Shown one piece after another: positions 1 through 10,325 of a stretch of DNA of 64,000 bases. The notes beneath the pieces were generated by a model. The model saw only the letters and a list, made by a program, of their open reading frames with translations. It made no database searches and was not told the DNA's origin. Each line of letters begins with the position of its first letter. Within the stretch, counting starts at the first letter, position 1. Position numbers and translations under genes: made by a program. Origin of the DNA: an uncultured Acidobacteriota bacterium (GTDB lineage Bacteria > Acidobacteriota > Terriglobia > UBA7540); NCBI GenBank assembly GCA_963804995.1, contig CAWDSK010000001.1, forward strand, positions 544,001-608,000, read 5' to 3'.

Positions 1-285
1 CAGGGCAAAATCGCAAGTGAATGGCGGCTTGAAAATGAGCGCTTCAATTGGCGAATCACCGTGCCCGCCAACACACGGGCCACGGTTTATATGCCCTGTG
101 ATGAAGCGAGCGCTATCACGGAAGGTGGTCATCCGGTGCACGAACTTCGCGAGCTTACCCTGCGCAGCGAAAGACCCGGCTGGGCAATCCTCAAGATCGG
201 CTCTGGGGAATACGAGTTCGCTTCCCACCTGAACAAAAGCTGCCAGCCGGTGGTGCCCCGCGATTCTGCTCAACCCTGGTGGTAA
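1..285 (+). CDS. C-terminal end of alpha-L-rhamnosidase (GH78), 5' partial
   Basis: Frame +1 is open from base 1: QGKIASEWRLENERFNWRITVPANTRATVYMP...IGSGEYEF, typical of the GH78 C-terminal domain. Confidence 0.75.
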   Translation, partial: QGKIASEWRLENERFNWRITVPANTRATVYMPCDEASAITEGGHPVHELRELTLRSERPGWAILKIGSGEYEFASHLNKSCQPVVPRDSAQPWW

Positions 286-539
286 CCCCACGCTTCCCAG
301 TCACGGCATGGCAGGCCCGTACGTGCCTGTTAACCCCTCAGAAACCCTGTGCCATTGGCAGCATTACTGAAGTAAGAATCGGTCGATCCCAGGGTTGCGG
401 CTCGACCGGCTTCGACACGCGTGGTTCTTAGTTTGGCGAGGGTTGAGGTGGGCGGGAAATCCACACATCCGGGCGGGCGAAGGGCGAAGAGATCGGACTT
501 AACGTCGCCTGTTCTCCCACGCGGTTATTGCAGGCCCGC

Positions 540-654
540 GACTTTTTGTCAATGTGGGACTTGTCCCAGAAGTTGCTCTCCGCGGGGTGTAGCGAGCGAG
601 GTCCCACTTAATTCCCCACCTTCTTGCGTTATTTTCCTATGACTTTTCACATGC
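540..654. repeat. Dispersed ~115-bp non-coding repeat, copy 1 (copy 2 at 53678-53792)
   Basis: Near-identical same-strand sequence, including AGCGAGCGAGGTCCCACTTAATTCCCCACCTTC. Confidence 0.9.
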
Positions 655-803
655 GGATTCGCCGCTCTGAATAATCATCAAACTCCCGTTAACGGGAACA
701 CCCTCTGATGACTTCCCCATCACGATCTCGAAGCTACAGGGCAACAGCACGCAGTGCATGTCATGGTCGAGCCATTGCAAATCCACCGGTCTCGCGATAA
801 AGG

Positions 804-2639
804 TCAGGGCTTGAGCCTCGCGATATTTGAGTAAGCAGACCGGCCACTCTTATTCAAAGCATAAACACGGTAGCTGACCTGTCCCGTGGCCGGCGGCTGG
901 AGGTCAGCATATTCCGATTTGTCGGCCGGCAAATCGGCCAGCTTCATCCACGCTTCCCCATTGCGGTTTCGCCGCTCCAGGACGACGCCGGTGATGTCAC
1001 CCCCGTGCGGCTTCCAAGTCAGACGCACCGAGCCGCTGGCTGCATGGACATCGAGTGAGCTCGGGGTTTCCGGCAGGATGGGCCAATCAAAATAAGTTGC
1101 GTCCGCTATCGCTTGAATAGTGTCTCGAATCGGCAGCTTTTCAAGCGTGTCGGTCGTGCCTTCTTTCCATTTAAGCGGTGTAATCTTTCCTGAAACCACA
1201 TCAATCAAGATGGGATTTTTGATGCCGGTATTCTCGATCGTAACGGTGGCGAAGTAGGGAGCAAACACGTTGTGAGGCCAACTGTGCGCCGACAACCAAT
1301 ATCCCACCACACCCTTGCCGCTGCGCGAGCGGAATCCGTACGCCAGCACGGGCGCGCCGGCGTCCACCTGAATGGCAGTAAAATCGGGACTGGTCATCTG
1401 GATGGTCGCGTCGCGCTGGGTGTCGGAGAAAACCGCGTCCAGATTCTGCATCGCAAAATAAACCGGGCGCGGAGTAAAGTCCGCGGGCTTGTACATCATT
1501 CCATGAATAATCCCAAATGCATCGCCTTCACTGCTGCTCGTGTCGTTGATCAATTCCCAGATGTAGGTCGATACACCCTCCGCCCAATTGTAGAGCATGC
1601 CGCGGGTGACGTATTTCGCCTGCACGGATTCGTCATTACCGCGGGGAAGATCGGGAAGGGCATTGAACTCGTCATCCCAAAACTCGATGTCGGTACGGAT
1701 GCCGGGATAGCTGCGTATCGCTTGCCGCAGGGCACGGGTCGTCAGCGGGCCAAAGGCGCCGTAATCCATGGACTCAGGTGGGGCATTGTTCGCGTAGCCA
1801 CCGGGATAAGTGTGGTAAGCGAAAACATCGAGACCGGCAGCACACTGGCAAGCGTCCAAAGCGGTGCGCGCGAAGTCAACGGAAAGTGAGGCTTGGCCGC
1901 CGTAAATCACCTTGGCGTCCGGGTCAGTCTCCCGCACAGCTTTTACAAAGGCGCCCAGCAACCTTCCATATTCTTCCGCGTTGGAGTCGGGGTTCCAGTA
2001 CGAACCGTCTTGCTCGTTCCACAAGGCGTAATAGCGAATGCGGCCTCGGAAGTGATTCACCATCCACTTGGTGTAGCGTACAAACGCGGCGATCTGTTCC
2101 GGCGTTCTAGGCGGCCAGAACACGGAGTACAAATTCATGTCGCGATTGTGGACGCTGGCCGGGGTGGGAGTAATCGTATCCGGCAGGCGGCCCGCCGGGG
2201 AGGTGTACATGGGGTTGCCATACAGGAGTTGGAGCTGAACCTTGACGCCATTATCGACGAGGGAATCCACGTAGTCATCCAGTTCAGGCAGGGCGCTGAA
2301 TTCCCCGCGCTTCTGTTCGATCCAATCCCAGCCACTAATATCCGAGGTGTCCTCGTACTGGCCGATGCGCGCCCACTTCATGCCCGCGTCGAACATGCGC
2401 GTCCACCACCAGCGGTTCCAGGGAATATAGGGATCGCGCGGCAGGCTGGTGTTAACGCCTCCCATCCCGATCTCAATCTGTGCCGAGCGCTTGGGAGGAA
2501 TGCGCTCCGGCACGCTGCGGTTCTGCCCCGCCGCGTTTATGGTCAGGGCCGGAGTTCCAATCAGAATGAATGCGGCTGCAACCAGCAGCAACCAGGGACC
2601 TCGGACCGACAAGTATCGATGTTTTGAAATGGCGCCCAT
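804..2639 (-). CDS. Secreted clan GH-A glycoside hydrolase (GH5/GH39-like) with C-terminal Fn3 domain
   Basis: Signal peptide; WNEQD acid/base motif, AYHTY, WDDEF nucleophile region; Fn3-like end YRVYALNKSGRSAYSN. Start could be 2663. Confidence 0.75.
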   Translation of the reverse strand: MGAISKHRYLSVRGPWLLLVAAAFILIGTPALTINAAGQNRSVPERIPPKRSAQIEIGMGGVNTSLPRDPYIPWNRWWWTRMFDAGMKWARIGQYEDTSDISGWDWIEQKRGEFSALPELDDYVDSLVDNGVKVQLQLLYGNPMYTSPAGRLPDTITPTPASVHNRDMNLYSVFWPPRTPEQIAAFVRYTKWMVNHFRGRIRYYALWNEQDGSYWNPDSNAEEYGRLLGAFVKAVRETDPDAKVIYGGQASLSVDFARTALDACQCAAGLDVFAYHTYPGGYANNAPPESMDYGAFGPLTTRALRQAIRSYPGIRTDIEFWDDEFNALPDLPRGNDESVQAKYVTRGMLYNWAEGVSTYIWELINDTSSSEGDAFGIIHGMMYKPADFTPRPVYFAMQNLDAVFSDTQRDATIQMTSPDFTAIQVDAGAPVLAYGFRSRSGKGVVGYWLSAHSWPHNVFAPYFATVTIENTGIKNPILIDVVSGKITPLKWKEGTTDTLEKLPIRDTIQAIADATYFDWPILPETPSSLDVHAASGSVRLTWKPHGGDITGVVLERRNRNGEAWMKLADLPADKSEYADLQPPATGQVSYRVYALNKSGRSAYSNIARLKP

Positions 2640-2758
2640 GCTTCTTCCTCCGTGATGGATCATGATGGCCGGGTCATACTTCCTTTACTCGTAGAGAGGG
2701 GGCCTTTGAAATAAAGGGGTGCGTTCCCACTCGCAACAGATGGCCCCGTTTCCTTCGA

Positions 2759-3878
2759 CTAATGTTTCTCGCCCAGGACCCACGCACGCGAGAACCGCGC
2801 CCAGTGAATCTCCTCTCGAACACCCTCCTCAAGTTCCAATTGCCAGACGGCTACAAACGTTCCGTCCTGGGTCTGGGTGATACTCGGGTAAGAAACATCC
2901 AGCCGGTTGGTCGTCGCGATGTCCCGAGGCGGGCTCCAGCGCCTGCCCCCATCGGCTGAAATCGCCACGCTGAGCGGCCAGCGATTAATCGGAGAATTGT
3001 TGAAGGCGACGATGATTTCCTCCGGCTTCTGCTCCAGCTTCCAGAGCGACACCGGGTTGTTGTGGCCCAGCACGGTTGAAGGGCGAGGAGGATCCCAACT
3101 CAGGCCCCCGTCGTGGCTGCGGCTTTCGTAGTGGAATGAAGTTCCGGTCCGCATGATCATTAGCAGGTCACCGTTGGCCAATTGCACCAGTGCCGGCTCG
3201 GCGAGTCCATTAATCGAAAACGAAGTCACCTTCTCAAGCCAGACGTGCAACTGGCCGTGAGGGGTCCAATGAACACCGTCCTTCGAAAGGAGTACTCCGG
3301 AGGCGACGTTCATTTCGCCTTCAGTGCGGGCAGGATCGTCATTCTGCGCCCAGAGGTCCCAGGAGAATCCCATGGCCAGAGTGCCGTCTCTCAACTTAAT
3401 GCCGTTTTGGCATTTGCCCACAAAGTATTTGTAGGGCTGCGAGATCAGAACCGGCTTGGTCCAAGTGGCCCCTTCGTCGTCACTCTGAATCATGAAAACC
3501 TGGCTTCCCGTGATGTGCTTCATGTGCAGCGGGACGGTGGTGGAGTAGACGAACACGCGCTTTGCGTCCACAACCATGTTGGGATCGGAGTCATCCATGC
3601 CGGGGGTTTTGATGAGGTCCTGAGGTCGAGACCACGTGCGGCCTCCGTCGCTTGAAGATTGCGCCTACAATGCGGCCCCGCCACTCACTTCTAGCATAAG
3701 CCGACCAGACAGCAAGCAGCTTTCCGCTCGCCAGTCGCGCTACGGCCGGAATCGTGTTCAGTTGAAATGCCCCGCCGTCAGTGCGCTGAATGACACCCGT
3801 CTCGAAACCTGCGGAAACTGCGGCGGCAGGCATCATTATTGCCGCGATAATCAGCAGGGCACAGCAAATGGCTTTCAT
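2759..3878 (-). CDS. Secreted sialidase/BNR (Asp-box) family protein, +1 frameshift near 3655
   Basis: Signal peptide MKAICCALL; Asp-boxes SDGGRTW, SDDEGATW, SHDGGLSW, SADGGRRW; YPS motif; removing one base joins ORFs 3591-3974 and 2759-3598. Confidence 0.8.
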
Positions 3879-3920
3879 CGTGTACTTTCCAACCAGGGCG
3901 TTGAGGAACCGTGAGCAACT

Positions 3921-4060
3921 GTAGCGCCGACCGCCGTTCTGGGGGTCGCGATTCTTCCGTCGCCAAAACTGCAAATCTCAAAGGTGGACGCCCACCTATG
4001 GGCTGGGGTGCGCAAATCCAGGGAAGGGCCGTAGACCTCAAAGGCGGGGGTCTGCGCTAC
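3921..4060. repeat. GTAG-family REP pair (REPIN-like)
   Basis: GTAGCGCCGACC...GGGGTCGCG and inverted partner ...GACCTC...GGGTCTGCGCTAC; relatives at 31195-31340, 34528-34569, 46256-46445. Confidence 0.7.
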
Positions 4061-4089
4061 AATCTCACCTAGCTCCTGGCTTTCCCATC

Positions 4090-5910
4090 CTACCTTCTCC
4101 CGTACACCGGCCCATAGGTTGCGCAGGCGCGGAAGTCGGCCCCTTCCGGATCATGGGTCCCGAAGTGGGTCCAGGCGCTGGGCCGGAAGATCCTTTCTTC
4201 GTCCACGTTATGCATGCAAACGGGAATGCGCAGCATGGACGCAAGGGTAATCAGCTTATCGCCAACGTGCCCGTAGCAGATGGCCCCATGGTTCGCGCCC
4301 CAATTGTTCATCACTGAGTACACATCGCGGAAGGGGCCCTTGCCGGTGAGAAGGGGAGCAAACCAAGTGGTCGGCCAAGTGGGGTTGGTCCGCTGATCGA
4401 GGACTTTGTTGATGTCCTGCGGCAGGGCTACGGTGTGGCCTTCCACGAGTTGCAGCACCGGCCCCAGGCCCATCATCCAGTTGAGCCGAGCCATGGTCAC
4501 GGGCATTTCACAGCAGGTCAGGAACTGCGATGAGTAGCCGCCGCCGCGGAAGTACTCGAGCATCGCCGGCGCCCACTCGGTCGCCTCCAGACAGCGCCCG
4601 ACATCCTCGGGAGTGATTTCCCAAAAAGGTTTCATGGCGGGCTCGCCGTCACAGGTCATCTGCCCTGTGGCATCGAGCGTGGCGGCGCCGGAGTTAATCA
4701 AATGCAGAATGCCTCCGCTAGCCCTTCCCGTCAGGCCCCGGCCGGTGACGCGCGCCACCGCCGCCGGGCTCCAGTAAGTCCGCACGTCCGCAAAAATCTG
4801 TGCCGTGTCGGTGAGCAGGTGCCCAAAGAGCATGGTGGCCCCATTGAGCGAATCGTTTTCGGTAGCGAAGACAAAGGGCTCGCGGATGCCGTTCCAATCG
4901 AAAGAGGAATTCAGCATGGCCTCCATGAAATCCCCGTTGGGGAAGTGGTCGGTCCATTGCCGCTGCCCCTGGAAGCCTGCCACGATGGCGTTGCGGCCCA
5001 AGGCTTCCTCACCGTAACCCAGTTCTGCGAGGCGACGGTTGCCGACCATCAGGTCACGCGCGATCATCGCCATCTTGACGGAGGTTTGCCAATCGGCGTC
5101 CTTTTTATCGCGCGACTTCTGAAGCGCCGGGGGATTCAAGTCGGCGCCCTCCGGGCAATTGTCCTTCACCCACGTGAGGGCGCGCTCGAACTCTTTGGGA
5201 TCATAGATCCCCTCGTCAATGCGCCGCACAAACTCTGACATGTCCACATACTCGTTGCGCATGCCCAAGTAATTCTGAAACAAATCGGAGTTAACCATGG
5301 AGCCTGCAATGCCCATGGAAACGGAGCCCAAAGAGAGATACGACTTGCCCCGCATCTCCGCCGCCGCCAGGCCCGCCTTGGCGAATTGCAGCAACTTCTC
5401 CTGCACATCCGGGGGAATCGAGGTGTCCGTGGAATCCTGCACGTCGTGCCCGTAAATACCGAAGGCGGGCAACCCCTTCTGGTTGTGCCCGGCCAGCACG
5501 GCAGCCAGATAGACCGCACCTGGCCGCTCCGTGCCGTTGAAACCCCACACCGCCTTGGGAATGAGCGGGTCCATGTCCATCGTCTCTGAGCCGTAACACC
5601 AACACGGGGAAACCGTCAGCGACACGCCCACGCCCGTGCGCGCAAACTTGTCGGCGCAGTCGGCGGCCTCCGCCACGCCTCCGATGCACGTGTCCGCGAC
5701 CACGCACTCCACCGGCAGACCGTTCGGATGACGCAGGTTCTTTTCCAGGAATGCAGCCGCGCCCTTCGCCATGCCCATTACTTGCCCTTCCAGCGACTCG
5801 CGAACGCCCTTCCGCCGCCCGTCAATCGCGGGCCGAATTCCAATCTTCGGAAGCGCCCCGCGTAAACGCTTCTGCGGCTCGCCCGCTTTCATGTCCTTAA
5901 TCTTCGCCAT
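4090..5910 (-). CDS. fucI: L-fucose isomerase
   Basis: [53 protein letters not shown]. Confidence 0.97.
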   Translation of the reverse strand: MAKIKDMKAGEPQKRLRGALPKIGIRPAIDGRRKGVRESLEGQVMGMAKGAAAFLEKNLRHPNGLPVECVVADTCIGGVAEAADCADKFARTGVGVSLTVSPCWCYGSETMDMDPLIPKAVWGFNGTERPGAVYLAAVLAGHNQKGLPAFGIYGHDVQDSTDTSIPPDVQEKLLQFAKAGLAAAEMRGKSYLSLGSVSMGIAGSMVNSDLFQNYLGMRNEYVDMSEFVRRIDEGIYDPKEFERALTWVKDNCPEGADLNPPALQKSRDKKDADWQTSVKMAMIARDLMVGNRRLAELGYGEEALGRNAIVAGFQGQRQWTDHFPNGDFMEAMLNSSFDWNGIREPFVFATENDSLNGATMLFGHLLTDTAQIFADVRTYWSPAAVARVTGRGLTGRASGGILHLINSGAATLDATGQMTCDGEPAMKPFWEITPEDVGRCLEATEWAPAMLEYFRGGGYSSQFLTCCEMPVTMARLNWMMGLGPVLQLVEGHTVALPQDINKVLDQRTNPTWPTTWFAPLLTGKGPFRDVYSVMNNWGANHGAICYGHVGDKLITLASMLRIPVCMHNVDEERIFRPSAWTHFGTHDPEGADFRACATYGPVYGRR

Positions 5911-5955
5911 GTCTGTATGCCTCCTCAGCGCGCCCCATTGTACTCCAACGTTCTC

Positions 5956-6654
5956 CTATTCCTTTCCCAATCTGGAAAACGACCGGTCGATGGTGAACGA
6001 CAAAGTGGCGCGTGCGATCTCAACGTAATTCGCCAGCGCCTCGCGATAGAACGTCAGGCTGCGCTTGCGCACCACATCTTCCGGCGCTTGGGGCTCGACC
6101 ATGTGGTGAGTCTCGTGCAGCAGGATGCTGAGCAAGCGGAAACGTAATTGTTGGTCGTGGAATTCCTTCCGGCGGCTTCCGGCGATGAACTGCGTATCGA
6201 GCGCCGTGTCCATCAGGGGTTGCGCCAGCCAGCTCTCTACGCGGTCGAAGGCAATGTCCATCTCGCCCACGGCGGCATTACCAAACGCTTCGTGCGGCTC
6301 AGCGAAGGGCGCTTCCTTCACCACGACGTGGCGATGCCCCAGGCACCCGCACACATTCCTGCGGCGCAACTGAACAACGATCAGGCCGGGGGCCTGCGCC
6401 AGAATCTCTTCGTAGGACTCGCGGCAGCGCAACGGTGTCTCCGCCCAATCCTGCTCGACGGCGCGGGCCACCTGCTCCGCCTTCGCAGGGTCGCGATAGC
6501 GATGCGCAATCACCACTACGGGCAGCGCGCGGTCCGGGAAGGCCGCCAGTCGATAGCGGCGGCCCGCCAGCCACTCAATCCAGCGGGCAGCGCGCGGGCG
6601 CGAGGCGAGATAGCTCTCAACGGCCTGTCCGAAGGGGGGATACTCTTGAACCAT
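5956..6654 (-). CDS. Hypothetical protein with HEXXH (zincin-like) motif
   Basis: 232-aa ORF collinear with its neighbours; LLHETHH motif. Confidence 0.6.
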   Translation of the reverse strand: MVQEYPPFGQAVESYLASRPRAARWIEWLAGRRYRLAAFPDRALPVVVIAHRYRDPAKAEQVARAVEQDWAETPLRCRESYEEILAQAPGLIVVQLRRRNVCGCLGHRHVVVKEAPFAEPHEAFGNAAVGEMDIAFDRVESWLAQPLMDTALDTQFIAGSRRKEFHDQQLRFRLLSILLHETHHMVEPQAPEDVVRKRSLTFYREALANYVEIARATLSFTIDRSFSRLGKE

Positions 6655-6750
6655 CGGATCACATTTTAACCAGGGTTATCCCGTGGAGCAGAGCCTGAAG
6701 GTGAAATCTTCCGGTCTCGCAATCTTCTATTAATTCTTCAACCGCATTCC

Positions 6751-8031
6751 TCACCCCAGTGCCAAGGGTTTCTCCTGCGGAGCCAGGATATCTCCAGGCA
6801 ATGCCATCAGGCGCGCCAGGGTGGGGGCAATTTGCTTCAGCGAGATGCGCCCCAGATTTTTCCCGGGAGCGATCTCCCGACCCACCGCAGTGAACATTGC
6901 CTCCATGCCCGCGTGGGAGGGAAGGTAACCGTGGGTGCCGTGATCCTTTGTCGAATCGCTCGCCACCGGTCCTTCCAGCCGGTCGGAGAAACTAAAACCC
7001 GGCGCAGCTTCGAGCATCAGTTCGGCGTCGGGGTCGGCCCCGAGGGCGTCAAGCTTTTGCCGGTCTACTACTTCCGCGACGGCGCCCGTCGCGCGCACGC
7101 GTTCCACTGCATTTTCCAACCGGCGCCGATCGTCGGCCGAAGGCTTTTCCAGCCAGTAGACCGCGAGCGACCCGCCCGCGCTCACCGCACCCAGCCGCCG
7201 CAGCGACAGCGACCCGTCCGCGCCGTGCGCAAAGAGCCCTTCCTCGGCAAAGACTGCGAGCGGCGCCACCTCCTTCTCAACCGGCACAAAGCCGTGATCG
7301 GAAAGCACGACCAGGGTTGCCGCCGCGTCGGCCGAGATGGCATCGCGAATCCGTCCAATTTCCTTGTCGGCGGACTCAAGCGCCGCAAGCGCCGGTTCCG
7401 ACTCCGGCCCATAAGCGTGCGCCTGCGAATCGTACCAAACGAAGTGCACCATCAGCAGGTCCGGCCGGTAGTGACTCCACAAGTAGAGCGCCGCCTCGCC
7501 GCGCATCTGGTCAGGATCAGCCTTGCCAAGCCTCGGCATCACGACCGCTGCTACTTCGGCAAAGAGGCCGGGCGTGGCATGGCGCGCGGGCGTTTCGAAA
7601 TCGCGGTGCGGGTCAGGCACGGCGGGGTCCCAGATTTCCGGGATGTTGTGATTGATTGCAGCGCCGGCGCTGACCGGCCAACTGATGGCCGCGCTCCGCC
7701 GGCCGCTGGCCCGGGCCACGTCCCAGAGCGCCGGGGCGCGCAGGGTGCGTGCAAACCAACACCAGGGCCGCGCCTTCTCCGTGGGGTCAAGCGAAGCGAG
7801 GTGGCTATAGATGCCATGCGCGCGGGGGGGAAGGCCGGTCACAATCGTCGCGTGGGCGGGGTAGGTCGTCGTGGGGTAGATGCTCTCCACGGCCTCTGCG
7901 CTCGCCCCGGCTGGTTCGAGCGCGTTGAGATTGGGGAAGCGGTGACGCGTCTCCGGCGCGCGATAAACCGCCGGCCGCAGGCCGTCCACGGAAAGCAGCA
8001 CCAGTAATGGGGATGAGGGGATAGATTTCAC
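6751..8031 (-). CDS. Alkaline phosphatase superfamily, nucleotide pyrophosphatase/phosphodiesterase
   Basis: SVDGLR, YPTTTYPAHATIVTG, DSQAH, LSDHG, HGTHG metal-binding motifs. Confidence 0.9.
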   Translation of the reverse strand: MKSIPSSPLLVLLSVDGLRPAVYRAPETRHRFPNLNALEPAGASAEAVESIYPTTTYPAHATIVTGLPPRAHGIYSHLASLDPTEKARPWCWFARTLRAPALWDVARASGRRSAAISWPVSAGAAINHNIPEIWDPAVPDPHRDFETPARHATPGLFAEVAAVVMPRLGKADPDQMRGEAALYLWSHYRPDLLMVHFVWYDSQAHAYGPESEPALAALESADKEIGRIRDAISADAAATLVVLSDHGFVPVEKEVAPLAVFAEEGLFAHGADGSLSLRRLGAVSAGGSLAVYWLEKPSADDRRRLENAVERVRATGAVAEVVDRQKLDALGADPDAELMLEAAPGFSFSDRLEGPVASDSTKDHGTHGYLPSHAGMEAMFTAVGREIAPGKNLGRISLKQIAPTLARLMALPGDILAPQEKPLALG

Positions 8032-8149
8032 AGTGTCAGGCTACCATATTGCCAGAATCGTGGGCCACCCTGGAAGTCATAATCATGATTGATGCCTCGG
8101 GGCGCTATTCGGTTAACAGCCTGCGGGTATCCTCGCAGCCCACGCGACG

Positions 8150-8158
8150 TGCTATAAT
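8150..8158 (+). promoter_or_regulatory. Extended -10 promoter (TGnTATAAT) for the crcB leader
   Basis: TGCTATAAT just upstream of the riboswitch aptamer. Confidence 0.6.
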
Positions 8159-8164
8159 TGGTTT

Positions 8165-8222
8165 ATCCCAGGCGATGGAGTTCGCCTTTAAGCGTCCCTT
8201 TAGTGGACTGATGACTCCTGGC
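8165..8222 (+). promoter_or_regulatory. Fluoride riboswitch (crcB motif)
   Basis: AGGCGATGGAGTTCGCCT...CTGATGACTCCT matches the crcB aptamer consensus and lies directly upstream of crcB. Confidence 0.95.
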
Positions 8223-8248
8223 CGCTGACCGGCGCCCAGGAGTTTTTT
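8214..8248 (+). terminator. Intrinsic terminator forming the riboswitch expression platform
   Basis: Stem ACTCCTGG/CCAGGAGT followed by a T tract; the 5' arm overlaps the aptamer pseudoknot strand. Confidence 0.8.
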
Positions 8249-8283
8249 GTTGGGCAGGGACGCGCGCGGAAAGCGATACACCT

Positions 8284-8655
8284 TTGCGTATCTTTCTCCT
8301 GATTGTGTTCGGGTCAGCCGGAACACTCGCCCGCTACGCTATGCAGGGGCTCATCCAGTACCGGACGGAGTCCTCACTTCCCCTTGGCACACTCGCGGTG
8401 AACTTGCTGGGCTGCTTTCTGTTGGGAGGTATCGGCCAGTTTGGTCTTGACCACCTCGCCTTCCCGCCGGAGTGGCGCATCGCCATCACCGTGGGCTTTT
8501 TCGGCGCTTTCACTACCTTTTCCAGTTTCAGTTGGGAAACCGTTCACCTTTTTGAAGATGGCGAGTGGATTCAGGCTTGTGTGTATGTGATGGTCAGCGT
8601 GTTGGGCGGACTCTTGCTGGTTCGCACCGGCATGCGATTGGCAAAATGGTTCTGA
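8284..8655 (+). CDS. crcB: Fluoride channel Fluc/CrcB
   Basis: GTLARY, PLGTLAVNLLGCF, GFFGAFTTFSSF. Confidence 0.97.
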   Translation: MRIFLLIVFGSAGTLARYAMQGLIQYRTESSLPLGTLAVNLLGCFLLGGIGQFGLDHLAFPPEWRIAITVGFFGAFTTFSSFSWETVHLFEDGEWIQACVYVMVSVLGGLLLVRTGMRLAKWF

Positions 8656-8789
8656 GCGGACGTACCGGTTCGGTTTGATCTTGTCGTAGAGGCGGTGGCA
8701 TTCATCCCGATCTGATCGGGACGCCGCCATATGGCGAGGTAAACTCGCCGCTACAAAATCAATGGGAACCACCATTGAGCGGAGGCGTT

Positions 8790-9134
8790 ATGGAACACCA
8801 GCGCTTTGAAGGCGAACGCACTTTGATGCGGATTCACATCGGCGAATCGGACCGGTGGCAGGGTTCGCCGCTCTACGAGGCCCTGATCAAGCTATTTCGC
8901 AGGGAAGGTTTCAGCGGGGTCACGGTGCTGCGAGGCGTAGCCGGCTTCGGCTCAGCCAGCCACCTTCATACCGACAAGATTCTGCGTCTCTCGCAAGACT
9001 TGCCGATCGTCCTTGAGGTAGTCGAGTATTCGGAGCGAATCGAAAATATTCTTCCCAAGCTCGATGAGATGGTAGGGGGAGGCCTGGTCACGCTCGAAAA
9101 GGTCCGGGTGATTCTTTACCGGCCCAGGAAGTAG
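8790..9134 (+). CDS. DUF190 (PII-like) protein
   Basis: IGESDRWQG, GVTVLRGVAGFG, LSQDLP; usual crcB partner; GGAGG RBS. Confidence 0.9.
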   Translation: MEHQRFEGERTLMRIHIGESDRWQGSPLYEALIKLFRREGFSGVTVLRGVAGFGSASHLHTDKILRLSQDLPIVLEVVEYSERIENILPKLDEMVGGGLVTLEKVRVILYRPRK

Positions 9135-9262
9135 ATTCCGGATACGAAAAGCCAAAGGTTTCAGGTGTCTGGTGCAAAAGCACAACCTGAGCTCTTCCTG
9201 CTGGATAGTCTTTTGAGGCTGAGTTTCCCGAGTCCCGAATCCCCGGTCAAATAAAGCGCCGC

Positions 9263-10163
9263 CTACAGCGCGTGAATGCGGATCGACCCGCCGCTGGTGT
9301 GCAGCCGCAATTCCTCTCCGCCGGAGCCTATCGCCCCCTGCATCTTGGAACGGCTGACCGTGCCCACCACGCGCACGGGTAAATCGCTGGAAACCGATCC
9401 GCCGGAAGTTGACGCGTCAAGATTCAGATTAGCGGAGGGATCAAGGGCGACTTCAATCGGGCCGCCGGAGGTTTCGAGATCGCCTCCATGCCGGTTGCCG
9501 GGGGAGTAGCTGACGTGGATCGGGCCGCCGGAACTCTTGGCTACCACGCGGCCGGAGACCCGATTCACGTGAATTCCCCCACCGCTCGTTTCTGCCTGCA
9601 GGTTCCCGTTCGAGCGCTTCCACGTCAATCGGCCCGCCGGAGGTATCCACGCGCGCATCGCCGGTCACCTCGCGCAGGCGAATGGGTCCTCCCGAGGTTC
9701 GCGCCTCCAGATTCCCGCTCAACCCGGTGACCTCGATGGGTCCTCCCAACGTCTTCACATTGGATTCCCCGCGCAAGCCGGAAAGCGTAATGGGTCCGCC
9801 GCCGGTGCGGACCATGGTGCGGGTTTCGATGGGGACTTGAATTTCAAAGCGCACGTAATGACCATGCGACCAGCCAGACTCCGGCTTGCGCTTAGCTGTC
9901 ACACGTGCCAGTGCTGCGCTGCCGGAGAAATTGAAATCAAGCAGCCTGTTCAGATCTTCGCGCTCCGAGGTGATGACAATGTGCGCACCCGAACGCGAGA
10001 CGCCGGTGACCGTAACACTGCCCATGTCCGATTCCAGAACGAACTGGCCATTGGGCTGCAGGTCCAAATCTTTCTCGATGCGTGATTCTCCCGCCGCCGG
10101 CAATGCCACGGCCAGAAACGCCAGGACTCCCGCCATGATTCCCAGGGATCGAAAGACTCTCAT
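9263..10163 (-). CDS. Secreted DUF4097/putative adhesin beta-repeat protein, +1 frameshift near 9612
   Basis: Signal peptide; repeated TSGGPI motifs continue across ORFs 9453-10184 and 9263-9658. Confidence 0.85.
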
Positions 10164-10325
10164 TTTTCCTCCTACCGAAGACACCCAAGATTTGTTACGT
10201 TAGACGCGCGGCGCAAGTTCCGGATAGTTGATCATTTTTGGCCTGAATCTCTGGTGTGCCGCCTGCCATGCCGGTGTAGAATCTCCTCTGCTGTAAACGA
10301 TCCTGTCATCCTAGAAGGTGATGCT

